A program made the translations under genes and the position numbers. This document shows, one piece after another, positions 51,191 through 63,989 of a DNA stretch of 64,000 nucleotides. The notes below the pieces were generated by a model that saw nothing but the letters and a program-made list of their open reading frames with translations, searched no databases and had not been told where the DNA came from. The stretch lies in assembly GCA_958009085.1 (NCBI GenBank), contig OY253673.1, positions 1,116,001 to 1,180,000 of the forward strand, read 5' to 3'. Within the stretch, counting starts at the first letter, position 1; every line of letters starts with the position of its first letter. This DNA comes from Protoeuglena noctilucae. Its lineage: Eukaryota.

Positions 51191-53004
51191 ATGCTCGACC
51201 TCTCCACGCTCGCCCTGGACGACGACGCGGTGGCCTATCGCGCGCTCATCCATCTGAGCTCTGCCTTCTGCCAGCGACATGCGACGCCCGCGACGGCGGC
51301 CTGCACCGCATGCACAGCAGAGCGTGGGGAGGGACTCGCAGGCTCATTTGTGCAAGTGCGTGAGCCGGTGCTTGCTGTGCATTCAGAGCTGTTCTGAGCA
51401 TAGCCTGAGATGTCGTAACCCTTTGCGAATTGCAGGAGAAGGCCGAGCGACGGCGCCGTGACGACCTTGCCGCGTCCGAGTTTGCCGAATATTTCGACGT
51501 CTCTGCCGTCGATCCGGGGCTCCAGCAATACGTCCCCGTCAGAGTTCCGCACGTAGCCAACCCTCCTGTTGCGGCGCCGGGCGCTGCAAGCGCTGCACCC
51601 GCCTTGGACGTCTCTTTCCCCCTGCACAGCGAGGCCGTGGCTCAGCATGGCCTTGACCCGGCGGACCTCCAGCGCATCGCGGCTCTTCCCAAGGTGCATA
51701 GCTTGCCGATGCGTCCGCGGACCTGGCTCGCGTCCCAATGTCGCCCCACGTGCTCTGCCCTGCCCCATCAACTCTCAGGTGGAGCTGCACGCGCACCTCA
51801 ACGGGTCTCTGCGCCTGTCGACCATCCGCGAGCTGGCAGAGACCGGCGCGGGGGACCTCGCCCCGACGGACGCAGGGCGCCTCACCTCGATGGCGGGCCG
51901 CACGCTGGCGGAGGTCTTCTCGCTGTTCCGCCTCATCCACCGGGTCACGACGGACGTCGCCGTGCTACCCCGCCTCGTGCGGGAGGTCGTCGAGGACCTC
52001 GCAGCCGACAACGTCGCCTACGCGGAGCTGCGCACGACCCCCAAGGCCGACGCGGGGCGCGGCCTCACCAAGCGCACTTACATGGACGCCGTCTTGCGGG
52101 GCCACGCGGCCTTCCTCGCCCGCTGTGGTCTCGGAGAGCAAGCACCGTCCGGTTCGGGCGATCCCCAGCACGGCGCGCGCGTCGCCGGCCCCAGGCTGGA
52201 CCGTGGTCACATCACGGGGGTGCCGTGGGTGCGGTGGGTGCTATCCGTCGACCGGCGCGAGTCTCTCGAGGGCGCGATGGAGACGGTGGAGCTGGCAGCG
52301 CAGCTGAAGAGGGAGAGCGGCCTGGTGGTCGGGGTGGACTTGTGTGGCGACCCTCGGGTGGGGCGCTTCGCCGCTTTAGAACCGGCATTCCGGTGAGCAC
52401 GAGGCCGGTGCAGGCGCCGCGCCTCCATGGGTGCATGCTTGCGGACACCCTATACATGCGCTCGCAGGAGGGCGCGGGAGCTCGGGCTGGGGGTCACGCT
52501 GCACTGCGCTGAGGTCGACGACGCTGCGGAGGCCTTGGCGATGATCCGCTTCCGGCCCGACAGACTGGGGCACGCTGTCCACGCCCGGGGAGACGTGGCC
52601 GCCGAACTGCACGCGTCGGGGATCCCCGTGGAAGTGTGCCCCACGAGCAACGTCGTCACGGAGGTGCGTGTGGCGCGGCAGCTGCCGTCGTCACTCAGGC
52701 GCCGCTCGGAGCCCGACGCTCTCCTCGCAAGTCCCCACAGAGCGTGTCGGGATACTCGGACCTCCACCTCCGCGGCCTCATGGATGCGGGGCACCCCGTC
52801 TGCATCTGCACCGACGACTCGGGCGTGTTTGGCACGACGCTCTCGCTCGAGCTGGCGCTGGCGGCGCGCTACGTGGGCCTGGACTTGAGGCAGCTTGCCA
52901 GAATGCAGGAGCATGCGGCCACCATGGCCATGGACAAGGACCCACGGGTCGCACAGAGGATAAAGGAGATGGTCGCCGACTGGCGCATGGCTTTCCAAAT
53001 CTGA
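51191..53004 (+). CDS. ADAL: Adenosine deaminase-like protein (ADAL/MAPDA, N6-methyl-AMP deaminase type) with N-terminal extension
   Basis: LPKVELHAHLNGS, DNVAYAELRTTPK, LSVDRR, GVDLCGDP, TLHCAEV, RLGHA, EVCPTSN, ICTDDSGVF. Confidence 0.9.
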
Positions 53005-53243
53005 CGGGGCAGGCTTACGGGGCTGTGACAACCCACAATGGCATGCCGCAGTGGCCAGTGAGGTCTGTGACTCTGCTGAATCTAATCTCTTAAGATGTGG
53101 GCGGTTTGACTTTGAGGGATCAGCCTTGATAGGAATGTGGGTAGGTAAACAAAGGAGTCGCTAGCATGCCATATGAAAAGAAACCCGGCTTTCGCAACGG
53201 GCAGGTGTAGAAATGTGCGGCGCACGACGAGGCCAGTAGTGCC

Positions 53244-54100
53244 CTACTTGTGTGCTGCTTCTGCTGCCTCGGCCCTGGACGTGGCAGAGCTGCTGGACCG
53301 CTGCCGCTCCATCTCTTTCGATAACACGGCAGACGCGGCCATCAGGCTCTGTTGCGCGACCCACTTGGCGACCGGGATGGCTGCCACAACCGCGTCCCGG
53401 CTGGCCTCCACTGCGGCACGGTCGGGAGAGGTCGCACTTTGCAACATGACTCTGCGCTGCGCCCGCAGATTATATAGAAATCGACAGGCCTAGTATTCTG
53501 ACTCCATCGCGCCCTCGCTCACCTGAGGCGGCAGCGATGGTCCTGACCGCCTGGCCAGTCATCCTCCCCACTGGAGAGGTCGAGATCTGATCCAACGTGG
53601 ACGCAAGCTGCAGGGTGCGAGGCGGCGCTGTGCTGTTCGTCAGGTCTGGGGCAGCAAGCAGCCATCGCGCGTCCCACGCACGCGCGAGCAAGGGCACGAC
53701 TCGTCACCTTGGACGGCCGCGCCTCCACCTCATCCAGCGTATCATCGACTTGTTGGAGCAGATAGCTGATGGCGTTCTCGCTCTGCGGGCGCGCAAGCGG
53801 CCCACACACCGTTGCGACACCAGATGGCCCAGCCCTCCTCGCCCTACCTCCCTGCCCGCTCCTCACCAGCGCCTTCCGACTCCTGGACGACTCATCCCTC
53901 CCCGAAAAGCTCGCCTCGGCAGCCAGGCCTTCGGCCTCGCGCTGCTGCTTAAGCAGGTAGGACCGCGAGTGGCGCAGGCGGACGGGCGGGGGAGGTGGGG
54001 GAGGCGTAGGCGGGAGAGTGACCTTGATGTCGACTGCGCAGGAAGGGAGAAGGCTGCCCCAGTGTGAGCGTGGTACGGTGACTGAGCGGCCGCGCCTTGC
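53244..54100 (-). CDS. Hypothetical multi-exon protein (5' end unresolved)
   Basis: Exon-like blocks bounded by AG/GT: SYLLKQQREAE.., SENAISYLLQQVDDTLDEV.., DLDLSSGEDDW.., ..AEAAHK*. Confidence 0.4.
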
Positions 54101-55049
54101 TGGGCCATGCGTGGAACGACACTGGCCCTTCGGCGTGAGCCAGGTCCGCACCGACGAAGCGGCCACCAGGAAGCCAAACCAATCATATGCTAATAAAGCT
54201 CACTCTGCGTAGCATCTGTCGGGGCGGTCCGCCGAAACCCCGGCGAGGATTGTTGGCCCCACGCCTTCACTGCCCTCCGGGCCCCTGCGCGTGCGCGATG
54301 CGACTCGTGAGGCGCGTCTGAGCGTGCGCGGCTACACAACAGCCACTTTTGGATGTGGGCGTGGTCGCTGCGCCTCGGGGAGTCCCGCGCGGGGCGGGGA
54401 GGGAGGGACGGGATGCAGCGTCGATGCGCGACGGCAGCGATGGCGGGGGTGCCGGGGCAACCTAGTCCCATCGTGAAATAGGTCTCGGATCAAGTGCGAT
54501 CCGTTTGCGTCGGCGGAGCGGGACGCACAGGCACCCAACTGCACGCCCTTCCCCGGACCGCATCTTCGCCCGCAGCTCACCCACACCAGCCCCCCCCGCC
54601 CGGCACGGCGAACCGCACAATTGAGCCGCCCGCTCCATCCCTTCCTGAAGTGCGGGACGGCGCGCTTGTCGCCGATCGGCAGCCGCTGCGGATCTAGGGA
54701 GCGGAAGATGCGAGGGCAGCCGACGCCGCGTGAACTTCTTTGCACGGCCAAAATCAGCGATCCCGTTTAAGCGCGTGGACGTATGGCGCAGGCAGTGGCC
54801 GGCACGACGTCCCGAGCAGGACGCGTCAGGGGGCCCGGGTCACCGATCGGCGCCCCCTGCGCATATCAGTGCGGAAGCTAACGAGGCGACAAAGCGCGGC
54901 GCGCTTCAATATCGCCCGGAGGTGGACAGCGGGGCCCACCGAAGCCCCACCACGCCCGCGCCCGAAGCACTATCATCTAACAGCGTCATGGCCCCGCTCC
55001 GCACCCCTTCCGTATTCCTGTAATGTTGTTCAAGTCGCACGACCGTCCA

Positions 55050-55482
55050 CTACTTGGCCTTCCCCTTCAGCGTGTCCACAATCACTGCGAGCATGGGTTG
55101 CGCAGGCGACGTTCGCTCCAGCCGGCAGACGCAGGCGCAACGGCACGACGTCCACGGCACTGACGCCATCCCCAGCCCTTGCCTGTGCTGTCGGGCTTCC
55201 CGTTCACCCACACGGCGTTCTTGTAGTACACCGCCTCCCTCGCCTTGGCCGCCTGCATCGCCGGCTCCTGCACGCGCGAAGTGGGTCAGGGTGGCCATCT
55301 GCTCCCGAGCTGCGGAGTCCGTGCGACGCCCCGGCGCGTGACCAGGGCTCCCGGAGACGCGACCACCCCAAGCATGGCCGGACGCGAGCGCTGCTCACCT
55401 TCAGGGCATTCCGCATGAACTCCGAGCACAGGCTAACGTACTTGAGGTACGAGAGCCCCGCCGCTCGCCAGTAGGCCGTCAT
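55050..55482 (-). CDS. ATP15: Mitochondrial F1-ATP synthase epsilon subunit
   Basis: MTAYWRAAGLSYLKYVSLCSEFMRNALK-EP..AKARE..WVNGKP. Three exons. Confidence 0.92.
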
Positions 55483-55659
55483 GGCTGGCCCCCGTGAACC
55501 CTCCGCGCCCCAGGCACAAGCACGACGAGCTGTCGAGCAACAGCGATGCACGATGGCAAGCTCCTTGGCGGTTCCCGTCCGGAATGGGCGCGGGCCGGCG
55601 AAACAAAACCCGACACATCCTTCGGGCAATTCCGCCAGTCCTCCAGCGCGCGCGTCGTG

Positions 55660-55700
55660 CTGCTCAATTCGCTTAAAAAGTCGTATTTAAGGCTGACAAC
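55660..55700. promoter_or_regulatory. AT-rich element in the short divergent intergenic region between ATP epsilon and MSH4
   Basis: gcttaaaaagtcgtatttaagg within a ~310-bp head-to-head gap in a GC-rich background. Confidence 0.3.
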
Positions 55701-55793
55701 CCACCGTAGCCTTCAGATTTGATGAGGCGAAGGCGCTGAGGGTCGCAGACAGGTGCTGGGGGCCCCGCGGACCTCGCGCCAGGGCCGTGCGCC

Positions 55794-58700
55794 ATGTCGA
55801 CCGTCACTCCGGGCAGCTGGGCAGGTCCGGGGGAGTCTGAGCATGTCATTGGGGCCGTCATCGAGAACCGGGCGAAGGAACTCGGGATGGCGATGCTGGA
55901 CTTGTCGTCGTGGCGTGTGCACCTCCTTCAGGCGCGTGCGGCCCCGCAAGCTGGACGCGCAGATTACAGCTAGGTTGGTGCGTCGCTGACGGAGATCGAA
56001 TGCCCCGCCTGCAGCTCATCGAGACGTCCCGAGGTTACCCTTCGGCCCTCTCGGTCCTGGACATCTACCAGCCCAGCAAGCTCATCCTCTGTGGCAGCTC
56101 CGCGCTGGACAGGAACCAGGGACATCTCGGTAAGCTCAGCGAGTTGAATTACCCGCTTGCTCAAGCGCAGTGCCCCAACCGGGAAGTTTACGGCGCTTTG
56201 CACATGCTCAGGATTCCACCGCGCAGCCAGGAAGGTCAGCCAGGTGCAGGTCCCCAGGAGCATGTTCGACGATACCAAGGGGGCAGGTGAGCACCTTCAC
56301 TTTGCAGAGCGGGCAGGCAGTCGAGGCCTCTTGCTCTGTATGCGCATCCGCATCACACAGCCTCGCCCGCAGCCCTCCTTGGCCAGTTCGCCTCGGCCGA
56401 TCCTCTCTCCCGCGTCGACTTCTCCGGCATGCGTGGGTCCCGGTACCTGGCTCTCGGGGCGGCTGGGGCGGTGCTGCAGTACGCGCAAACCGAGCACGGG
56501 CTCCACCTGGTCCCGCACTGTGTGCGCGCGGAGTTCGTGGACCTGAGCGAGTTCGCCAGGGTCGATGCGGGTGAGGAGAGGATGGCAGGGATAGAGGCGG
56601 TTTCCGGCAGCTTGGCCAGCCTTGAGTGTCATGGCACGTGCGGGTGCCGCAGGGACGGCAGCTGGCCTGGAACTCGTCGCCCCGATGTCACGCGCGCATG
56701 AGGGGCGGGGCGGACGCAGCAGAGGCGCTGGCAACCGGCCGGAGTGCCTGCTTGACGTCGTGGATGGTTGCAAGACGAAGCCAGGGTCCAGGATGGCTCG
56801 GGCTAACCTGCTCCAGCCCCTGCGGGATGTGCGCACCATCAACAAGAGGTGCGCGGCATCGTCGAAGCGCACGTTTGCAAGACACGCCGTGCCTTATCAT
56901 GTCATGTTGACAGCCGCTCAACGGCCACCGCAGCGTCCGTGCAGGCTCAACGCCGTGGAGGAGCTTTCCGGCATCGCGAACACGGTCGTCTCGTGCCTGG
57001 CTCAGCTTCCTGCGGACCTAGACCGCGTGTGTGGGAACCTGGTGCAGCTTGCCTCCACGCCGTCCCCAGGGGCAGCCCATGGTTCCACTGCCTCCGCTGG
57101 GGCCCTGGCGACCCGGGTGGCGTCCTGTGTCTCGAGCGCCATCCTCCTCCGCGAAGTCCTGCGCCTCCTCCCCGCGCTCTGCGAGGCCCTCGACGACGCC
57201 GAGGTGTGTCAGCTGGGTCCTCCCCATGACATCGACAGGGGCACTGAGTCAGATGGGATGTCGCATTATATGAGATATGAGGGACTGGGATGCATGCATG
57301 AGAGGTGAGGGACAAGGATAAGCTTGGACTCGTCGCGTGCTTGACTTCCCCACCTGCAGTCCAGTCTCCTCCAAGCCATTCGCGACAACTTCCTTCACCC
57401 GGACCTCGCTCTCCTCGAGACGGCCCTGAACGACGTCATTGACGAGGACGTGCACAGCTCCAGGCAGAGCTTCATGAACCGGACCAACCAGTGCTTCGCC
57501 GTCAATGCTACCAGGGACCCCTTTCTGGAGCTCTCCCGCAGCCTCTTCTGTCGTGTCACCGAGCGCACGCACCAGCTGGTCGAGGAGTACCGGAAACTCG
57601 AGGGCATGAGCGGAGGTTAGGGCGGAACGGCCATATGTCCAAGCCGGGGCGCCCTTGCCACGCCTCAGGCTGGGACCCACTCCACAGGACGTGTCGAGTC
57701 TCGTGCGGCTCATGGTCCCTTTAAGCCTCTGTGTTTGCACGCAGTGAGGCTTGGGTACGGCATCAAGAAGGGCTTCTTTCTGCAAGTCAACGCCGGCGAG
57801 GAGGGGCTGCCTGTGCCGTTCCGGGTGTTGAGGAAGGCCGCATCCGGCGCCATCGTTTGCACCACCCCTGAGCTCATGGCACTCAACAAACGGTGAGTCG
57901 GGCTCTTCGTCCCTCCACGTCCTGGTTAGGGTGTTTCGCACGTCATGGGCTACAAGTAGAGCGTCTGCAGCACGACAGGAACGCTGGCTTCGCACGGTCA
58001 CTCCCGCACCCACCACTGCCCTGTGCAGGCTTCGAGAGTCGGGAGAGGACTGCATGCTCCTATCGCTCAAGGCTCTTGAGGCGCTCCTGGCGGACATCCG
58101 GCCCAAGATGTACCTCCTGCACGGCCTGATCGACAGCATCGCGCTGCTCGACATGCTGTGCGCCTTTGCCACCATCAGCGAGCGGACGGGGCGTCCATAC
58201 ACCCGGCCCATGGTGGGACGACTTGTCCGCCAAACGCTGCCGTGCGCTGTCCGTCCCTTGGCCTGCAGCCTACGCCACGTGGCGCTGGCCGCCGCAGGTC
58301 ACCGTGGAGGGTCCCCTGGCCATCCAGGAGGGCCGGCACCCCATCGCCGAGCTGCGCGTCGACGGCGCCTTCCAGAGCAACAGCGTCTTCATGTCCGAGG
58401 CAGCGGCCGTGCACATCATCGGGTGCGACCATGGAGTGTCAGGGCGTTGGCAGCCCTGTGGCCGTGTGGGTGTGTGCACGCCAGAGCGACCCTCTTCCTG
58501 ATTCCATCGCAGGGGTGCGAATATGAGCGGCAAGTCCACGTTCTTGCGCCAGGTGGGCTGCATCGCCATCCTCGCCCAGATCGGCTGTCTCGTCCCCGCC
58601 AGCTTCGCCTCGGTGCGAATCACGGACAAGTTCCTCTCGCGGTTCGGATCCAGCGACAGGTGACGACTCACGAGGGCCTGCGACGTCGGCAGGGCCCCCC

Positions 58701-59689
58701 GGCGCCATGCACGCCGGGTCTCCAGCAATGCTATCCCCGTGTTGCCGTCGCCCGTGACATGCAGCATCGAGGCCAACGCTTCGTCCTTCACGGTGGAGAT
58801 GCAAGAGGTCGCGGCCATTCTCCAGAACTGCACCGCGTCCAGCCTCGTGCTCTGCGACGAGCTCGGCCACGCCACCTCCACAGCCGATGGGACGGCCATC
58901 GCTTGGGCAGGCGAGGATGCGGCGATGCCCGGCCACAGCGGCTCCGCCGATGTGTACCCTTGGCGCGCCGCGGCGCACTCGACTGCAGCGGAACCAGGCA
59001 CGCCTTCTCACGCAGTCGCGGAGGAGCTGGCGTCTCGGGGCACGTATGCGCTGTTCGCCACGCACTTCCCCCAGCTGCGCCTCCTCGCCGACCTGCAGCC
59101 CAACGTGCAGAGCTGGACGCTCCAGGCCTGCGTGGACCCCTCGGGGAATAGCCTCGAATTCAAGTGCGTGGTGCGGGTTGGCATGGGTTGGTGTGCGAGA
59201 CGGGAATCAACGCGATGTCACGGACGACTGCCGTCCGCCCCTCGCAGACACGCCCTGGAAGCATCGAAGGACTTCCCGCCGCACTACGGCATCCTGCTGG
59301 CGGCTGCCGCGGGCATGCCGGAACGGATCGTCGCGGCGGCCCAGGCCACCGCGGAGGAGGTCGACGCCGAGGCTGCCGACGTCATCGTCTGTTCGAGAGA
59401 AGCTCAGGTGAGCAGCGAGCACGTTGGTGCGAATGACCGGGGCCATCCGGCGCCGGTGGGACGCTGTACCCACCGCCTCGCCCTGCAGGAGCTCGCTGGG
59501 TGCTACGACGTCGCGTACCGGCTGCACTTCCTCGCGACGATGTACCAGCGGGGTGAAGTCTCGGACGAGGATTTCCGCGCGCAGCTCTCCGCGCTCCAGG
59601 CCGACCTCCCGTCCGACTGCCATCAGGAGGGTAGCCCCCGCGCGCGCATGTCCGCGTTACACCGCCCTCGCCCCGAGTGTGCGCAATGA
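55794..59689 (+). CDS. MSH4: Meiotic MutS homolog MSH4
   Basis: [85 protein letters not shown]. No N-terminal mismatch-recognition domain seen. Confidence 0.9.
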
Positions 59690-60378
59690 CGCTTGAGCGT
59701 GTCGACGCGCATCGCACGCGAGGATAGCGGATGGCCGCGCCATCCTCCGTTCGGGCGCGTCCGACGCTTTCCTGAGCCCCGGAGCGACTTGCGCATAGCG
59801 TCAGGCGGGCGCTCTTGATTAAGAAACAACGACGGTAGAGGTCTTGCTCGGAAAGGGGCGCTGGGGTGAGACGTGCGGCCAACCTTGCAGGGCCCGCTCA
59901 CCGATTCGCCGCCCCGGTGCCCCTCGTCAACTCGCACGGTGCGATTATGAAACGAGAACCGCTGTGATTCGCAGGGCGCCTGCGGGACGCTTCCGGGGCA
60001 GAAGATGAGCGGCCAGGGGCCAGGCCACGCTCACGGCCAGGTGAGGCGGGTCCCTTGCCACCGGCGCACGCCATCGCGGCAAAGCTGCCTTTCCTAGAAA
60101 CATTTTTGCTAAGCATGTCACACTGAGCTCCGGAGCCCGGGAACCGCGCTCATGGGGTGAGATGCTGGGTCTCGCCTTGTGCATGTTGCATGCCCCGTGC
60201 GGCCGCATCGAGCGTCCTTTGGAAGCGCGAGCCCACATCGGTGATCCCATATACGAATACATCATCACCCTTTTCACGCGGTCGCCCCGGGCTCGTCGGC
60301 TGGCGGGCTCCGCCTATGTACCTACGGTGTCTCAGCATCGTCCCGTTCGCACGTCCATCCTGCCGACATTTCTTGCAG

Positions 60379-63300
60379 ATGGGAACCTTCGACGTCGACT
60401 ATGACATCGGGACGGAATTCCCAAGCGAGCTCCGCTTCTGGGAGGACCTTGGGCTGGGGGAGGAGCCCCTCGGTGGGTCGGCGCGTGCCAGCGTCGAGAT
60501 AACCGCGAAACTGGACTCGCTTGCGCTGTTCTGGCAGCTTATTAGCCTCGCGAGCTTTCCGCGCCTTTCCGCTGTCGTCGCAGGCCCGGGCAGCATCTCC
60601 CTGCGGTCCCAAGGAGAAGGTGCCGCAGCCCCGCAGCCCCCGAACCTGAACACTCTGATCCCGAGCAGCCTCGAGGCTGGCGTGAAGTACGAGCCCGGTT
60701 TCGCGGGGGAAGTTCCGGGCGGACGGTCCCTGGTGCGAGCGGGGCCAAGCCTCGTGCTGGATTTGGACGCCCTGGGCCTGGGAAGCGACTCCTCGCGCCT
60801 GGGGATCCACAGCCGCGCCGAGACGCCAACCACGAGCGGCGGCCACGTGAACCACCACCCGACGCCCTCCCACCGCACGCGCGCGTCAGCGCCTGACGTG
60901 CCGTCGGACCCCCTCCCGGAGCAGCGGCCGCGGCTCAGGTGAGGCCCGCCCCGCCTCTCTCGCTGGCGTGCCTCGAACAGACTGGTGGGCACCGCTGGCG
61001 AGAACGCAGCCCATGGCCGGAAGTGCTGTTGCTTGCAGGTGGACGCCCGAGCTCCACAACAAGTTCATCGCGGCTGTCAACGAACTGGGCGGGGCCGACC
61101 TGGCGACCCCGAAAGCCATTCTGTCCAAGCTCGAAGTCCGGGTACGCGCGCGTCGCGAGGGCGCCCTGGGTCCTAGAAGACATGGCGGCGCCCAGGCCGC
61201 ACCATCGCCCAGGAGTCGTCGCCCATGATGCCGCTCTCCCGCTGCCTGCCCGCAGGGCCTCACCATCTTGCACGTCAAGTCGCATTTGCAAAAGTTCCGG
61301 CACGCGCGGGACGCCGGCAGCTCGTCCCTGCCGTCCCCCAAGACGGCGGCGAGGGTCGAGAATCCCAGAAAGGACCTGCTCATCTACACGTCTGCGCCAG
61401 AACACGAGGTGGGGAATATGGAATGGGCAGCATTCCGCCTCGCCGATATCTACTTGTATTACCAACCTGTGGGGCCCCTGGGATCGGCCAGGCAAAACGG
61501 CGTGCTCGGTCGTGCGCACGCAGGCCCCGGAAGCCTTGGGGCTGCAGAGCGCCCAGAGCCTCCCGCTGTACAGCCCGGGGCACGAGGAGCTGAACCACAG
61601 GCACCTGCTGCTTCCTTGGCCCGCGAGGGAGCCCGTCGCAGGGGCGGACAGCTGGCAGGTGACGCATGACAGCGTAACGGCCTTGCGATGTGCAATGGCG
61701 CATCACAGAGCCCCGCCAGCACACGCCCGCGATCCGGGGCGCCGCGCGGGAGGGCGCCTGCGAGGCGGGGGGTTCGATCTGACACGCGGCTGACCCTGCT
61801 TGCGTGCGCAGGTGCAAGGCCTGGTGTCGCCCACCAAGGGCCTGAAGCGGGTGCGGGAGGGCTCCGTCCTGGGCCCCGCGGGCAGACTGGCTCCCGCCAA
61901 GTCGGGCTCGCGCACGCGCATGTTCACGACCGGTGCCTTCATGGAGGAGTCGGCGGGGATGTCCGCGGTGAGAGCTGGCATGCGCTTTTGGGGTGTGCCC
62001 AAGAGTGACGCCCACGTTCCCTGTCAGCTCGGCGTCCCTCGCACCGCCGTCGCGCCTCCACTTCTGCATGTCGTCCATGCTCCTTATCAGCACCCGTCAC
62101 ACGTCGTGTCCGTCTTGCCACCGCGTGTTCGGCCCCATTGCCGGGCACCTGACACGCCCGATCGTCGTCCCATGCACGGCCTGGACTCTTGCGCCCGCAG
62201 GACCCCACGACAGACGTCATGGGCGACTCCGCCAGCGATGTGCCGGACATGCTGCCGTCCAACAACCCCACGGCGCCCTTCTACTACCAAGCGGCACCCG
62301 CGGGCGCCGTACCCACGCCCCGCGCGAGCCGACTCAAGTCGGCCCCCGTGGGCTGGGCCGTGGCCAGCGACGCAGGGAGCTTGCCCCGGGCTGACAAGCC
62401 CGGGTTTTGCCCTGCGGAGCCAACCACGCCGGGGAGGGTGTCGGCCAAGCGACGGTCCGCCGAGATGTCGGCCCATTGTGAGCAGAGCGGGCCGCCGTTG
62501 CTGGCGCATCGTGGCATGTGCCGTCCTCTGTCGCAGCGCGGTGGCTCCGTGCGAGCCTCTCAGCTCCCACAAGTGCGGTGTGCCAACCCAAAGGCTGAGA
62601 TAGTGATCATGATCGCGCTGACCGTCCCAGCCCTCTCAGCTGCTGAGACTTGACTCCGACGGCCTCTCACCCCGCCCTTTGCGCCGCAGTGCGACTGGGC
62701 TCCGTGCCTCCGCGGCCGCTCAGTGCCCTGGGCGGACCCTCCTCGGAGCGCCAGCCGTCGATGCTGGCACGCGCCTCGCTCCCGAGCCTGAAGGGGGAAG
62801 ACGCGGACCATGTCGGCGCCGGCGCGGACCCCTCCGGTCTCTTCACCGCATACGGTGCCTACGAGCGCGGTGGGCTCGGCCAGTGGCACCCCCGCGGGCA
62901 AGGGGCGTCTGCGTCGGTCCCGGCCTTCATGGGCTACATGGCCGGCGAGACGGTCAGCGGGGGCGCCGTGAGCGGGGCTCCCGAGAGCAGCGGGGGCGCG
63001 CTACCGTCGCATTCGGGGGGCGACGGCTCCCACGGCGGCGGAGGTGGCGGGGACCCGGGCCGGGGCGGTGGGGTCGCGGGCGCGGTCGATGGCTTCCATT
63101 GGCATGGCGGCCGCGCGGGGGACGCGCACCATGGGTCGCACCAGGGCCATGCCGTGGCGTTCAGGGGCCCAGCGGCTGGTTACGTCGACCATGCGGGAGT
63201 GGGAGCAGCCACGGGCCCCGCTGGGCACACGGGGACTGACGCGGGCGTCCGTGCGGATGTTGGAGCATTCCAGTACGCGCAGTGGGCGGGCCTGGCCGGG

Positions 63301-63989
63301 GCAGAGGGCCAGATGGCGCAGGGCCTGTACGGAGCGGGGTTGTCTGGCGCGATGGACAGCATGGCGGGGGAGTCCGCGGACGACAGTCCCCTGCAAGGAG
63401 CGTTCCAGAGCGCCCTCCGCAAGCAGATGGTGAGGCACTGCCCGGCCTGGGGTGCTGCGCCGTTGGTGGGGCTCGCACACGCCCCTCTGTAGATGCCAGC
63501 ATGTGCCGTAGAGCTGCTAGGGCGAGCAACCAGCTGTCCTCATCGCACTCCGCGTTGGGTTTGGACCTCCTGCGCCTCTCCCTGCCAGCCGCTCTTTTGC
63601 AGTAAGCGGCCATCCCGTGCCGCCCCGCCGCACCCGTCCTGCCGCCCCGCCTCCCGCAGGAGCTGCAGGCGAAGCTGTCGGAGCACCTGCGGGCTCAGAA
63701 GGAGCTGGGCTCCCTCATGGAAGACAACAACAAGTTCATCTTGCAGCTCGTGTCCCAGATGGGCGATGCGAACGCCAACGACGAGGCCCAGGCCACCGCG
63801 TCTGAGGTCTTCGGAGGTCTCTTCGGTGACTCGCCCCGGGCAGGCGACCCCCTCGCGGACCTGGGAATCCGGATCCCGTCTGACATGGCGGACGGGCCCT
63901 GGGACCACCCCGAATCGGTCCTGGAGCCCTGGGCCCCCATGCCCCGCCAAGACGAGGGCGGCCCCAGCGACAAGGGGTCCCGCAAATGA
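60379..63989 (+). CDS. GARP-type MYB plus coiled-coil transcription factor, PHR1/PSR1-like (internal exons and start uncertain)
   Basis: RPRLR-WTPELHNKFIAAVNELGG..ATPKAIL..GLTILHVKSHLQKFR, and distal ALRKQM-ELQAKLSEHLRAQKEL resembling the LHEQLE coiled coil. Confidence 0.82.

Noticed and set aside
7143..63989. A phosphate-metabolism gene cluster (HAD, PPase, PSR1-like factor)
   Set aside because: The transcription factor is ~50 kb away with unrelated genes between, and I found no convincing P1BS (GNATATNC) site by eye near the PPase or HAD starts.
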